From Gemmatimonadota bacterium (lineage in GTDB: Bacteria; Gemmatimonadota; Gemmatimonadetes; Palauibacterales; Palauibacteraceae), in the NCBI GenBank assembly GCA_046758745.1, contig JBHIAV010000002.1:1-64000 (forward strand): a stretch of DNA of 64,000 bases, read 5' to 3'. Below the pieces are notes generated by a model. The model had not been told where the DNA came from. It made no database searches and saw nothing but the letters and a program-made list of their open reading frames with translations. Each line of letters opens with the position of its first letter. The stretch's first letter is position 1. Below, in pieces: positions 1 to 9,051 of this stretch. The translations under genes and the position numbers were made by a program.

Positions 1-1662
1 ACCATCCCGGGCCGGACGGGGGAAACCATCCCGGGCCAGACGGCCCGGGGCACTCCGGAGAGGGGAGACGGGGCGCGCGACCGCCGGCCAGAGGAGGCAC
101 TGGCGCCCGGAGGAGAGCCTGAGGGAGGGCAGGTCGCCGGGCCCGCGGAGGACACGGTGATCGTCACCTCCCCCCTGTTCACTCTCCGGTTCTCCACGCG
201 CGGGGCGACACTCGTCGGCGCGTCGCTGCACCGCTATGAGTCCTACGCACCGAACGGTGAGAACGGTAGGCCGGTCGAGTTGATCCGACCGGGCGATCGC
301 CTCTTCGAGTACGGCATCGCCGTCGGATCGGACACGCTCATCCTCGCCGACCGCTCTTTCGAAGCGAGTGTGATGAAGCTCGAGCTGGAGGACGAGGGGT
401 CCATCGATTCGCTCGTCTTCCGCTACCGGGTACCGACGAGCGGTCCCGAGGTCGTCTTCGCGGTCACTCACACGTTCGACGCACGGCGCTACCTGGTTCG
501 GACAACCGGCCGGCTGGAGGGCTTCGAGGGCCGCGGCTACTCCCTCCTCATCTCGCTCGGTCACGGCCTCAAGACGAACGAGGCAAACCCTGCGGAGGAC
601 CTCCGGGAAGCGCAGTACGTGGTGAACGGGCGGAGCGGTGGGATCCGGGCCACGCGGCTGGACGAGATCGATCCCGGCGAGACGCGCGCGGCCGGGGGCG
701 GGCCGTTCACGTGGGTGTCCGTGAAGAGCAAGTACTTCCTGGTCGCGCTCCTCGCGCCGGCCGGGGGCCCGGGGTTCGGAGGCCTGCTGGCGTCGGGGAC
801 GCCGGAGGAGCACTCGGCCGGGCTGGTAGCCTCCCTGCCGGTGCCGGCGGGGAGCCCCGGCTTCGAGTACGGCGCTTATCTCGGCCCGCTGGACTACGCG
901 CGCCTCGAGGCGATCGGAAACGACCTACAGAACGTGAATCCGTACGGGTGGCGCTGGCTGCAGTGGCTCATCCGCCCCCTTGTGGCGATCGTCATGTGGG
1001 TGCTCACCTGGCTGCACGACGCCCTCGCCCTCGCCTACGGCTGGGTGCTCATCCTCTTCGGCATCCTGATGCGGGTGGTGCTCTTCCCGCTGTACCAGAA
1101 GTCGATGCGCTCCCAGATCGAGCAGATGCAGATCCAGCCCCTGGTGAAGGACCTCCAGGCGAGGTACAAGGAGGATCCGCAGCGCCTGCAGCAGGAGATG
1201 ATCAAGCTTTACAAGGAGCATGGGGTGAACCCCCTCTCGGGGTGTCTCCCGATGATGCTCCCGATGCCCGTCCTGTTCACCCTCTTCTTCGTCTTCCGGG
1301 GCACGATCGAGTTCCGGGGCGAGCCGTTCCTGTGGCTCCCGGATCTCTCCCTGAAGGACCCGATCTACGTCATCCCGCTCGTCATGGGCGCCTCGATGTA
1401 CCTCCTGCAGTGGATCGGGCAGCGGGGGATCGAAGCGAACCCACAGATGAAGGTGATGACGTACGTGCTCCCGGTGGTCTTCACCGTGCTCTTCCTGAAC
1501 TTCCCCTCGGGCCTCAACCTGTATTACGCGACGAGCAACATCGCGTCGCTTCCGCAGCAGTGGTATCTATCGCGCGAGCGGCGCGCGGCGCTTAGGAAGC
1601 GTCCGGCGAAGGCGTCGCCGAAGGCGGCGTCCTCGTCCACCACAGCTAGCGGACCACCGTGA
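1..1662 (+). CDS. yidC: Membrane protein insertase YidC (5' end outside window)
   Basis: Frame is open from base 1. Periplasmic domain, then YGW..I, GVNPLSGCLPM, FLWLPDLSLKDP and PSGLNLYY motifs. Confidence 0.95.
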   Translation, partial: TIPGRTGETIPGQTARGTPERGDGARDRRPEEALAPGGEPEGGQVAGPAEDTVIVTSPLFTLRFSTRGATLVGASLHRYESYAPNGENGRPVELIRPGDRLFEYGIAVGSDTLILADRSFEASVMKLELEDEGSIDSLVFRYRVPTSGPEVVFAVTHTFDARRYLVRTTGRLEGFEGRGYSLLISLGHGLKTNEANPAEDLREAQYVVNGRSGGIRATRLDEIDPGETRAAGGGPFTWVSVKSKYFLVALLAPAGGPGFGGLLASGTPEEHSAGLVASLPVPAGSPGFEYGAYLGPLDYARLEAIGNDLQNVNPYGWRWLQWLIRPLVAIVMWVLTWLHDALALAYGWVLILFGILMRVVLFPLYQKSMRSQIEQMQIQPLVKDLQARYKEDPQRLQQEMIKLYKEHGVNPLSGCLPMMLPMPVLFTLFFVFRGTIEFRGEPFLWLPDLSLKDPIYVIPLVMGASMYLLQWIGQRGIEANPQMKVMTYVLPVVFTVLFLNFPSGLNLYYATSNIASLPQQWYLSRERRAALRKRPAKASPKAASSSTTASGPP

Positions 1663-2512
1663 AGAGAATCCCGGCGAGAACCTCGCTCTCGCGGAAGAAT
1701 TGCTCGGCCCTAGACCGTCCCGCCCCGAAGACGACGGCGACCCGGTACCGGCCTCCCCCGAACGCCAGTCCGGCTTCGGAGGCGAAGATCGGGTTCCAGC
1801 CCAGCTCCTCCCACAGGAACGCATCAGCTGCGAAGAAAGGGAGAAAGGGTCCTCCGCGTATCCCGCGCCCCCTCCACTCGAATCCGAGGCGGGCGGAGAG
1901 CCGGTCGAGGCTCTCGGATCTGCGGAGGAGAACGCCGGGACCGGCGTAGACGAGCAGACCCGGCAAGCCCTCGCCCTGGAGGAGGAGCTCGATCCCCTCT
2001 CGGCTAGTCGAGACGGACTCCCGGCCCGTCCGCTGCAGGAACTCGTCGCCCAGGTGCGAGCTTGCGTGGTAGAGCTCCGCACGGGCCGCCAGCTCGCCGA
2101 GACGAGCGCGAAGCTGTAGGGCGAGCCGGAAGTGGACTTCGATAAACTCGTTGTTGCTCCGCTCCAGGTCGAAACGGGAGAACATGCCTCCAACCACCGT
2201 CCCGGCCAGCCGGAACGGCGACGCGCGATCGCGGCGGATCCAGAACGGGATTCGCTCACCGAGGTCGACCTCGGCGATCCACCGATCGTCGTTGCCGCGA
2301 GAGGTGTGAAGGGGACCGAGGCGCACGGCGGGTTCGGTCGCCGAAGCCGCGGGGGTCCGGAAGGGGAATCCCGTGTCGTCGGTGCGCGGGTCCGCCGTTT
2401 GGGCATGGAGCTGCGTGGCCCCGCGGGCGAGGACGAGAGCGGCGACGAGGGACAACGCGGGGGCGAGAGCGAGTGGGCCGGGGCGCCCGACAGCTGCTGC
2501 TGCGATGGCCAA
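1646..2512 (-). CDS. DUF1207-like exported/outer-membrane protein
   Basis: Signal-like N-terminus; LYHASSHLGDEF motif typical of DUF1207; beta-strand-rich C-terminus. Start uncertain. Confidence 0.65.
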   Translation of the reverse strand: MAIAAAAVGRPGPLALAPALSLVAALVLARGATQLHAQTADPRTDDTGFPFRTPAASATEPAVRLGPLHTSRGNDDRWIAEVDLGERIPFWIRRDRASPFRLAGTVVGGMFSRFDLERSNNEFIEVHFRLALQLRARLGELAARAELYHASSHLGDEFLQRTGRESVSTSREGIELLLQGEGLPGLLVYAGPGVLLRRSESLDRLSARLGFEWRGRGIRGGPFLPFFAADAFLWEELGWNPIFASEAGLAFGGGRYRVAVVFGAGRSRAEQFFRESEVLAGILFTVVR

Positions 2513-2582
2513 GACTCCGCTCTCCTGGACGGCGAGTTCACGGCCACGCGTCCAGGTACGGCCTGGACTTTACCTAGTCACT

Positions 2583-3380
2583 TTACGCCGCGCGCTGACA
2601 ACGCGGGCAGATGTAGGTCTTCCGGCCGAGGAGGTTGATGGACTTTAGCTGGTTCCGGCAGCGGGGGCAGGGCTGGCCGGGCGCGCGGTAGTTGATCAGC
2701 CATCCGGGATCGGCGTGGGCGGCCTGCCAGTGCAGCGTGGCGCGACGGAGGACCCGCTGGAGGTACCTGTGGACCCGGGTGAGCTGCTGCTCGGTCATGT
2801 CGCCCACGCGCAGGTCGGGCCGGTAGCCGGCCTGAAAGCAGATCTCGTCGGCATATTCGTTGCCGATCCCTGCTACGACCTGCTGGTTCATCAACAAGCC
2901 CTTCAAGGAGCTGCGCGGGTGATCGGCGGCCAGACTGAGAAAGAGCGCCGGGGTCAGCTCCTCGCTCAAGGGATCGATGCCCAGCCTCTCGAGGGTACCG
3001 AGCCCGGAGAAGTCCATGCCCTCGACCAGGTGGACCGCGCCGCCGCCGCTGGGCACGCTGTAGCGGAGTTCCCGCCCCGCGGCGAACTGAAGGCGGATCT
3101 TGCTCTCCTCGCTCGGCGGTGCGGTCTGGGACTCGAGATAGATCTCCCCGTCTGATCCCAGGTGAAAGACGAGGCTGTAGCCGGAACGGAAGCGGAGAAC
3201 CACGTACTTTCCATGTCGCTCCACCACGTCGATCGCGTGTCCTCGCACCTGCTCGTTGGCCAGTTCCAGGTCGACCTCCACGCAATCGGGATCGTCGATC
3301 AGAACGGCGGAGATCGTCTTCCCGGTCGCGTAACCGGAGAAGGCATCAATCATTCGCTCGACGTCGGGAAGCTCTATCAT
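2583..3380 (-). CDS. Fpg/Nei family DNA glycosylase (MutM-like) with non-canonical N-terminus
   Basis: Starts MIELPDV after a GGAGG RBS. RHGKY, HLG, H2TH GIGNEYADE and zinc finger CPRC..GR..CPRCQ are present. Confidence 0.9.
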   Translation of the reverse strand: MIELPDVERMIDAFSGYATGKTISAVLIDDPDCVEVDLELANEQVRGHAIDVVERHGKYVVLRFRSGYSLVFHLGSDGEIYLESQTAPPSEESKIRLQFAAGRELRYSVPSGGGAVHLVEGMDFSGLGTLERLGIDPLSEELTPALFLSLAADHPRSSLKGLLMNQQVVAGIGNEYADEICFQAGYRPDLRVGDMTEQQLTRVHRYLQRVLRRATLHWQAAHADPGWLINYRAPGQPCPRCRNQLKSINLLGRKTYICPRCQRAA

Positions 3381-3457
3381 GAACGGTGTCCTCCCGTGAA
3401 CCTGTGTGGACGCTCCTACCCGGGAGGAGGTGGAAAGTGCCGGTCGGCCCGTCGGCG

Positions 3458-3754
3458 TCACCCGATGATTCGGAAATCCGGCGGTAGCCGGTCGCTCGGG
3501 GAGATGCGGGTGAGCGCATCGACGCGTGCCAGGCGGGGCCCGGCGGCAAGAAGCTCCGCGAAGCGGGCGACGGCCTCGGGAGAGCCCTCGACGTGGACCT
3601 CGACGCTACCGTCCGGCCGGTTCCGGGCCGTTCCCCGGAGGCCGAGGGTTCGGGCGGCGTGAAGTGTCCACCAGCGGAAGCCCACACCCTGCACCCTCCC
3701 CTGGACGAGGAACGCCGCTCTTTCGGCCTTTGTTCGGTCTGGCAGATCCTCCAT
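3458..3754 (-). CDS. acyP: Acylphosphatase
   Basis: VQGRVQGVGFR and G.ARN.PDGSVEV signatures; 98 aa from ATG at 3754. Confidence 0.92.
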   Translation of the reverse strand: MEDLPDRTKAERAAFLVQGRVQGVGFRWWTLHAARTLGLRGTARNRPDGSVEVHVEGSPEAVARFAELLAAGPRLARVDALTRISPSDRLPPDFRIIG

Positions 3755-3828
3755 GGTGGGAATAGTAGCACGGACGGTGGGGCGGGGCGCGGAAGCGGCT
3801 CGAGTATGGGAAGGGGAAGGGAGGGAGC

Positions 3829-4395
3829 GTGCGGTCGGAGGCCGTGGCGATCGGAGGAGGCGCGACGCCGGCTGCGAGGCGGGGAACAGGGCGGGGCGGG
3901 GCGGGGTGTGAACCCTTCTCCTCACCTCGCGGCTCGCTCGGGTCGGTCGGATGTCGCGCAACCCGGCCATAGGCGGAAGCGCCAAGGGGACGCTAGCGGG
4001 CGAGGTGGACGCGGTCGGGGGTTAGGAGGAGGAGGCCGGACAGGGGGGTTGTAGGGGGTCGTCGCCGGCATCAACGCGGGGCTCAAGGCACTCGGAGGGG
4101 GGCGCGGGTGCCGGGGCGCGAGGAGGCGTAGCTGTGTCCGGATGGAGCACCTGCGCTGACCGTCGTGGAGCTGGAGATCGAGTACGCGCGCACATTCAGC
4201 GGGGGAGGAACGGGCTTCCGGTCTCGGCTGCCGGGAAGCCCATCGCCTGCCGCCGGAGGCGGCGTACCTCGAGATGGCTAGGCTCCCCTATATGAGGCCA
4301 GGCAGAAGCTCGACCCGATCCGCCCCGCCACCTTGGAGCACGCGAGCCGGATTCCTGGCGTGTCGGCCTCCAACGTCCAGAATCTGTCGAGCTCG
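3829..4395 (+). pseudogene. mnmG: Decayed mnmG/gidA (tRNA U34 modification enzyme) remnant
   Basis: Three MnmG segments in order: AIGGG/fs/AGCEA..*TLLLT..GRMSRNPAIGGSAKGTLAGEVDAVGG; G*EEEAGQG/GVVAGINAGLK..GREEA*; VELEIEYA..EARQKLDPIRPATLEHASRIPGVSASNVQNL. Stops at 3909-3911 and 4023-4025, plus frameshifts. Confidence 0.88.
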
Positions 4396-4437
4396 GAAAG
4401 GCCGAGCTGCACAGCGAGTCAGCAAGGACTCCGCTTC

Positions 4438-4453
4438 TGTTTCACGTGAAACG
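4438..4453. promoter_or_regulatory. parS centromere-like site
   Basis: TGTTTCACGTGAAACG, 15/16 match to consensus TGTTTCACGTGAAACA, directly upstream of parA. Confidence 0.9.
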
Positions 4454-4575
4454 GGTGCTGCGCCTGAATGAGGGGGTGCCCCTGGCCGTCAGACCGTGGA
4501 CGCCCGGGCGCGGGCGCCGGAGGCCCGGGGCGGCGGCTGCGGGCGGTGTCCGGGCGGGGCCTGCCGAGTGCGCCC

Positions 4576-4595
4576 CCGTTTCACTTGTGAAACGG
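4576..4595. promoter_or_regulatory. Variant parS-like palindrome with 2-bp central insertion
   Basis: CCGTTTCAC-TT-GTGAAACGG: both half-sites intact, spacing altered. Confidence 0.55.
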
Positions 4596-4717
4596 TTTCT
4601 TGGCGGCCGTCCCGCGGGCCGATTATATTGACCACCCGCGGCCTCGCCCCACTCAGGAGGCCGGGCACGCCGCATCTGGCCGACCGCGCGGCGCCGAAAC
4701 CGTTTTCGGGAAGCTAA

Positions 4718-5533
4718 ATGCCCAGAGTCATTTCGATCGCCAACCAGAAGGGTGGGGTGGGGAAGACCACGACGGCGATCAACCTCGGGGCCTCGCTGGC
4801 GATCGCGGAGAAGCGAACGCTCGTCCTGGACTGCGACCCGCAGGGGAACGCGACCTCCGGGTTCGGCATCCGAAAAGAGACCGAGGAGCTCACCGTCTAC
4901 GACTGCCTGGTCAACGGCCGACCGATCGTGGACGCGATCCGTAGGGGCGTCCACTTCCCCACCCTGGACGTGGTGCCGGCCAGCCGCGACCTGGCAGCGG
5001 CCGAGGTGGAGCTGATCGACCGCGCGAACCGGGAGCGGATCCTGCGGCGGATCCTGAAGCCCGTGCGGCAGGAGTACGACTACCTCCTTATCGACTCGCC
5101 CCCTTCCCTCGGACTCCTCACCCTCAACACTCTCGTGGCGGCCGATACGGTGCTGATTCCGATCCAGTGCGAGTTCTACGCCCTGGAGGGCCTCAGCCAA
5201 CTGCTGAATACCGTGCGCATCGTGCAGAGGAACGCGAACCCCGACCTTGGGATCGAAGGCGTGCTGCTCACGATGTTCGACTCTCGCCTTAACCTGTCGA
5301 AGCAGGTAGCGGCGGAAGCGGAGGAGTATTTCGGCCCGAAGGTGTTTCGTACATATATTCCGCGCAACATCCGGCTCGCCGAAGCCCCCAGCTTCGGGAA
5401 GCCGATCGCCCTCTACGACGTCCTCTCCTCCGGCGCGCGTGGCTATCTAAGCCTGGCGCGCGAGCTGATCCGACGTGACGAGCAGGCAGAGAAACGGTGG
5501 CAAGAACGGAATCGCGTCTCGGCAAAGGTCTAG
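4718..5533 (+). CDS. parA: Chromosome partitioning ATPase ParA/Soj
   Basis: NQKGGVGKTT, DCDPQGNAT, IPIQCEFYALEG, IPRNIRLAEAPSFG. Confidence 0.97.
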   Translation: MPRVISIANQKGGVGKTTTAINLGASLAIAEKRTLVLDCDPQGNATSGFGIRKETEELTVYDCLVNGRPIVDAIRRGVHFPTLDVVPASRDLAAAEVELIDRANRERILRRILKPVRQEYDYLLIDSPPSLGLLTLNTLVAADTVLIPIQCEFYALEGLSQLLNTVRIVQRNANPDLGIEGVLLTMFDSRLNLSKQVAAEAEEYFGPKVFRTYIPRNIRLAEAPSFGKPIALYDVLSSGARGYLSLARELIRRDEQAEKRWQERNRVSAKV

Positions 5534-6411
5534 GAGCCCTCCTGGGGGAGTACCTGGACACGGAGGGGGCCGATGCCCCCCTCCGTCAGATCGACGTCTC
5601 GCGGGTGCGGCCGAATCCGTACCAGCCGCGAGCCGAGTTCCCACCCTCCAGCCTCGAGGAGCTCATAGAGTCGATCCGGGAAAACGGCCTTCTCCAGCCC
5701 CTTGTCGTCCGCTCGGCTCCCGGGGAGGGGTGGGAGATCGTCGCCGGGGAGCGCCGGTGGCGTGCCGTGCAGCAGCTCGGCTGGAGCGAGGTGCCGGCCA
5801 TCGTGCGGGAGCTCCGCGATGAGCAGATGCTGGTGTTGGCGCTGGTTGAGAACCTCCAACGGGAGGCTCTCTCGGCCATCGAGGAGGCGATCGGATACCA
5901 GCGGCTCGTCGATGGGTTCGGTCTCACGCAGCAGGAGGTGGCCGAGCGCGTGGGGCGGGACCGGTCTACTGTCTCTAACGCGTTGCGACTATTGACGTTA
6001 CCGCCTGCTGTGCGCGAGCTCCTGGCGGGTGGGCAGCTCACCGCCGGACATGCGCGGGCGATCCTCGGCGCTGGCGACGAGACGGAGCAGATAAAGCTGG
6101 CGAGAGAGGTGGTGCGGCACGGTCTTTCCGTTCGGGAGACCGAGCGGCGGGTCCGCAAGGCCCGAGCCGCCGGGGACGGGGGCTCGGAAGACGGACGGGG
6201 CCGGGCTAGGGCGGCGGGCGGCGCGGCGGATGCGGTGGCCCGCCGCGCAGAGACACTGCTCTCCCGCAGGCTGGGGACCCGGGTCGGGATCCGGCTGCGG
6301 AGCGCCACGGCAGGAGAGATTCGCATCGACTTCCACGACGCCGAGGATTTCGAGCGCCTGGTGCTGCGCTTGCTGGGCGATGAGGCCGGGGAACTCTTCG
6401 GCGAGGCGTGA
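5497..6411 (+). CDS. parB: Chromosome partitioning protein ParB/Spo0J
   Basis: LGKGLGALL N-terminus, PNPYQPR, AGERRWRA, ENLQRE, HTH. Confidence 0.97.
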   Translation: MARTESRLGKGLGALLGEYLDTEGADAPLRQIDVSRVRPNPYQPRAEFPPSSLEELIESIRENGLLQPLVVRSAPGEGWEIVAGERRWRAVQQLGWSEVPAIVRELRDEQMLVLALVENLQREALSAIEEAIGYQRLVDGFGLTQQEVAERVGRDRSTVSNALRLLTLPPAVRELLAGGQLTAGHARAILGAGDETEQIKLAREVVRHGLSVRETERRVRKARAAGDGGSEDGRGRARAAGGAADAVARRAETLLSRRLGTRVGIRLRSATAGEIRIDFHDAEDFERLVLRLLGDEAGELFGEA

Positions 6412-6414
6412 GCA

Positions 6415-7191
6415 GTGGGAGGCCGGAGATGGAAGGTGATCGTCATCCGGCCGGGCGCGGCCCGGTCTCTCGGCGTGGAGCTTCGCGGGCTGACGGCGGC
6501 GGTGGCCGGCGCGCTCTTGCTGGGGGTGGCAGGGGGCGGTCTCTTCGCGCTGGGTGGTCGAGCCGAGCGTGGGCGGGAGGCGGAGCGCGTGGCGAAGCTG
6601 GAGGGTGAGGTCGCCCGCCTGACCGAAGAAAACGCGAAGGTGGCCCGGCTGGCGGGGCGGCTCGACAGCGTGGAGGCGAAGTATCGGCGTCTGCAGAGGG
6701 TGATGAGCGGGGATATCGCGCCCTCGGGTAAGGACATCTTGCTCCCGCGGTTGGGGGGCGGCGGGGAGCGGGGGATGGGCGGTGGGGTAGCGAGGCCGTA
6801 CGAGCCGACCATGTGGCCGCTGGCCGAGCGGGGCTTCGTCACCCGCTCGTTCGGGGACACCGCGGAGGCACCGTTCGGTGGCCACGTCGGCGTGGACATT
6901 GCGGTCCCCGAGGGCTCGTATGTACGTGCGAGCGGGGCTGGGCAGGTTACGGAGGTGGGGGAGGACACGGTATACGGGCGTTACATCCGCGTCGGGCATG
7001 CGGGAGGGCTCTCGTCGCTTTACGCGCACAACTCTTGGCTTTTCTACGCGGCTGGGGACTCCGTGCAGCGCGGGGAGGTGATCGCCCTGACCGGCAACAC
7101 GGGAAGCTCGACCGCTCCACACCTTCATTTCGAGATCGAGCGGGCCGGCGCGCCCGTCGACCCGCTGGAGTTCGTATCCGGAGCGCGTTGA
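6415..7191 (+). CDS. M23 family metallopeptidase (membrane-anchored, coiled coil)
   Basis: TM segment, coiled coil, HVGVDI, YAH, STAPHLHFEI. Confidence 0.92.
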   Translation: MGGRRWKVIVIRPGAARSLGVELRGLTAAVAGALLLGVAGGGLFALGGRAERGREAERVAKLEGEVARLTEENAKVARLAGRLDSVEAKYRRLQRVMSGDIAPSGKDILLPRLGGGGERGMGGGVARPYEPTMWPLAERGFVTRSFGDTAEAPFGGHVGVDIAVPEGSYVRASGAGQVTEVGEDTVYGRYIRVGHAGGLSSLYAHNSWLFYAAGDSVQRGEVIALTGNTGSSTAPHLHFEIERAGAPVDPLEFVSGAR

Positions 7192-7217
7192 CTGGAAACG
7201 GGGAGGAGAAGTCGATC

Positions 7218-7691
7218 ATGACGAAAGACACGCCGGAGACGTTGAGCCGCGAAGTCGGAGACGTGGTGTCCATCGTCGGCCCCGGGATGAAGATCGTCGG
7301 GGACTGCTCCAGCGATGGCACGATTCGCGTGGAAGGCCGTGTCGAGGGATCGGTCAAGGCCGCGAAGAGCGTGGTGGTCGGAAAGGACGGTGCGGTGATC
7401 GGCGACATCGTCACCCAGGACGCGATCATCGCCGGACACGTCAACGGCAGCATACAGGCCGAGAGCCGCGTGGAGCTGCAGGCCACCTGTCGCATCGAGG
7501 GGGACATCCGGAGCCGCCGCGTGAAGCTGGATGAAGGCGGCCGGGTGGACGGCAAGCTTCACATGGGGGCGGAGCCGGCCCCGACCGCCGCGGCGCCGCG
7601 GCCGATGGGTGCCCAGGCGCCGGCCGCCGCGAAACCGGAAGTGGCGAAGAGGGAACCACCCCAGCCGATGAGGACGGGCGCCGGGCGCTGA
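7218..7691 (+). CDS. Bactofilin (polymer-forming cytoskeletal protein)
   Basis: GGAGGAG RBS; beta-helix repeats IRVEGRVEGSV..VIGDI..IAGHVNGSI..IEGDI. Confidence 0.92.
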   Translation: MTKDTPETLSREVGDVVSIVGPGMKIVGDCSSDGTIRVEGRVEGSVKAAKSVVVGKDGAVIGDIVTQDAIIAGHVNGSIQAESRVELQATCRIEGDIRSRRVKLDEGGRVDGKLHMGAEPAPTAAAPRPMGAQAPAAAKPEVAKREPPQPMRTGAGR

Positions 7692-7722
7692 GCCACGCCC
7701 GGGCGCACCCTCCGAGGGTCGC

Positions 7723-7783
7723 TTGTCCACAGCTCTCCACAGTGGGCGAGGACGGGGGTAGGGCCGCTTCCCGCTTTTCCACA
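7723..7783 (+). promoter_or_regulatory. Cluster of DnaA-box-like 9-mers
   Basis: TTGTCCACA (7723-7731), CTCTCCACA (7733-7741), TTTTCCACA (7775-7783), same orientation, intergenic. Confidence 0.55.
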
Positions 7784-7902
7784 CTGCCGGAATGGCAGTT
7801 TCGGAGGCGCGGAGCCGTGCGGCAGAGGGGCCGGAGTTCGGAGCGGCGGCACGCGGGCCTCCACGGGCCGGCGCAGCGGGCCGAGAGGATGAGCCGGAGC
7901 CA

Positions 7903-9039
7903 ATGAGCGAGAGCCGATACCTGAGGGGAGCGCCCATCGAGCCGGACCCGATCGACGGGAGCGAGACGGCGGTCGAGCTCATCGAGCGTACCTTCCTCGC
8001 CTACAACGCCGCTCGGCTGCGCGAGGGTTGCCGGCTACTCGTGGAGAAGATGCTCGAGCCCGACACCACCGTGGGCCTCAGCATCACCGGGGCGCTGACG
8101 CCGGCCGGCCTCGGCATGGCGGCGCTCATTCCCCTCGTCGAGGCCGGGTTCATCGACTGGGTCGTGACGACCGGGGCGAACCTGTACCACGACACGCACT
8201 TCGGGCTTGGGCTCGAGATGCGGCGCGGACACCACGAGGTCGACGATGTGGCGCTGCGAGAGGAGGGGGTGGTCCGCATCTACGACATTTTCTTCGCGTA
8301 CGATGTGCTCCTCTCGACCGACGCCTTCTATCGTGAGGTGATCTGCCAGGACGAGTTCCAGCGCTCGATGGGGAGCGGGGAGTTTCATCACCTCCTGGGG
8401 AGGTACGTGGCCGAGCGGGAACGGGCGCTCGGCATGGCCGGTAAGTCCTTCCTCGCGGCCTGCTATCGGGCCGGGGTGCCTGTGTACACCTCCTCGCCTG
8501 GCGACAGCTCGATCGGGTTGAACATCGCGGAGACTCGTCTCGCCGGGTATCGCTGCCAGATCGATCCGTCGACCGACGTCAACGAGACGGCGGCGATCGT
8601 GCTCGATGCGAAGCGCGCGGGCGGCCGGAGCGGGGTGCTCATCTTGGGGGGTGGGAGCCCAAAGAACTTCCTCCTGCAGACGGAGCCCCAGATTCAGGAA
8701 GTGCTCCGGCTCGACGAACGGGGGCATGACTACTACCTCCAGGTGACGGATGCGCGGCCGGACACCGGCGGACTCTCGGGCGCCACCCCCGGCGAGGCGG
8801 TCAGTTGGGGGAAGGTGGACCCCGACCGACTGCCGGATGCGGTCGTGTGCTACTGCGATGTGACGATCGCGCTGCCCCTCCTCACTGCATATGCGCTGGG
8901 AAGGCGGGAGCCTCGCCCTCTGCGGCGACTCTATGACCGCCGGGAGGAGGTGGTGGCGCGGCTGCATGAGGAGTTCCGGCGGGCGAGCAGAGCGCCGGCA
9001 CAGGCGACCGCCGCCGCCAGACTGCATCCCGAGCCCTGA
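7903..9039 (+). CDS. Deoxyhypusine synthase-like protein (probable homospermidine synthase)
   Basis: [38 protein letters not shown] (catalytic Lys). Confidence 0.9.
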   Translation: MSESRYLRGAPIEPDPIDGSETAVELIERTFLAYNAARLREGCRLLVEKMLEPDTTVGLSITGALTPAGLGMAALIPLVEAGFIDWVVTTGANLYHDTHFGLGLEMRRGHHEVDDVALREEGVVRIYDIFFAYDVLLSTDAFYREVICQDEFQRSMGSGEFHHLLGRYVAERERALGMAGKSFLAACYRAGVPVYTSSPGDSSIGLNIAETRLAGYRCQIDPSTDVNETAAIVLDAKRAGGRSGVLILGGGSPKNFLLQTEPQIQEVLRLDERGHDYYLQVTDARPDTGGLSGATPGEAVSWGKVDPDRLPDAVVCYCDVTIALPLLTAYALGRREPRPLRRLYDRREEVVARLHEEFRRASRAPAQATAAARLHPEP

Positions 9040-9051
9040 GCCGGATTCCAT

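Noticed and set aside
1-44. 24-bp duplication (TIPGRTGE/TIPGQTAR) and similar short repeats at about 14307-14357 and 18449-18490
   Set aside because: In-frame slippage in low-complexity linkers or signal regions; no sign of independent function.
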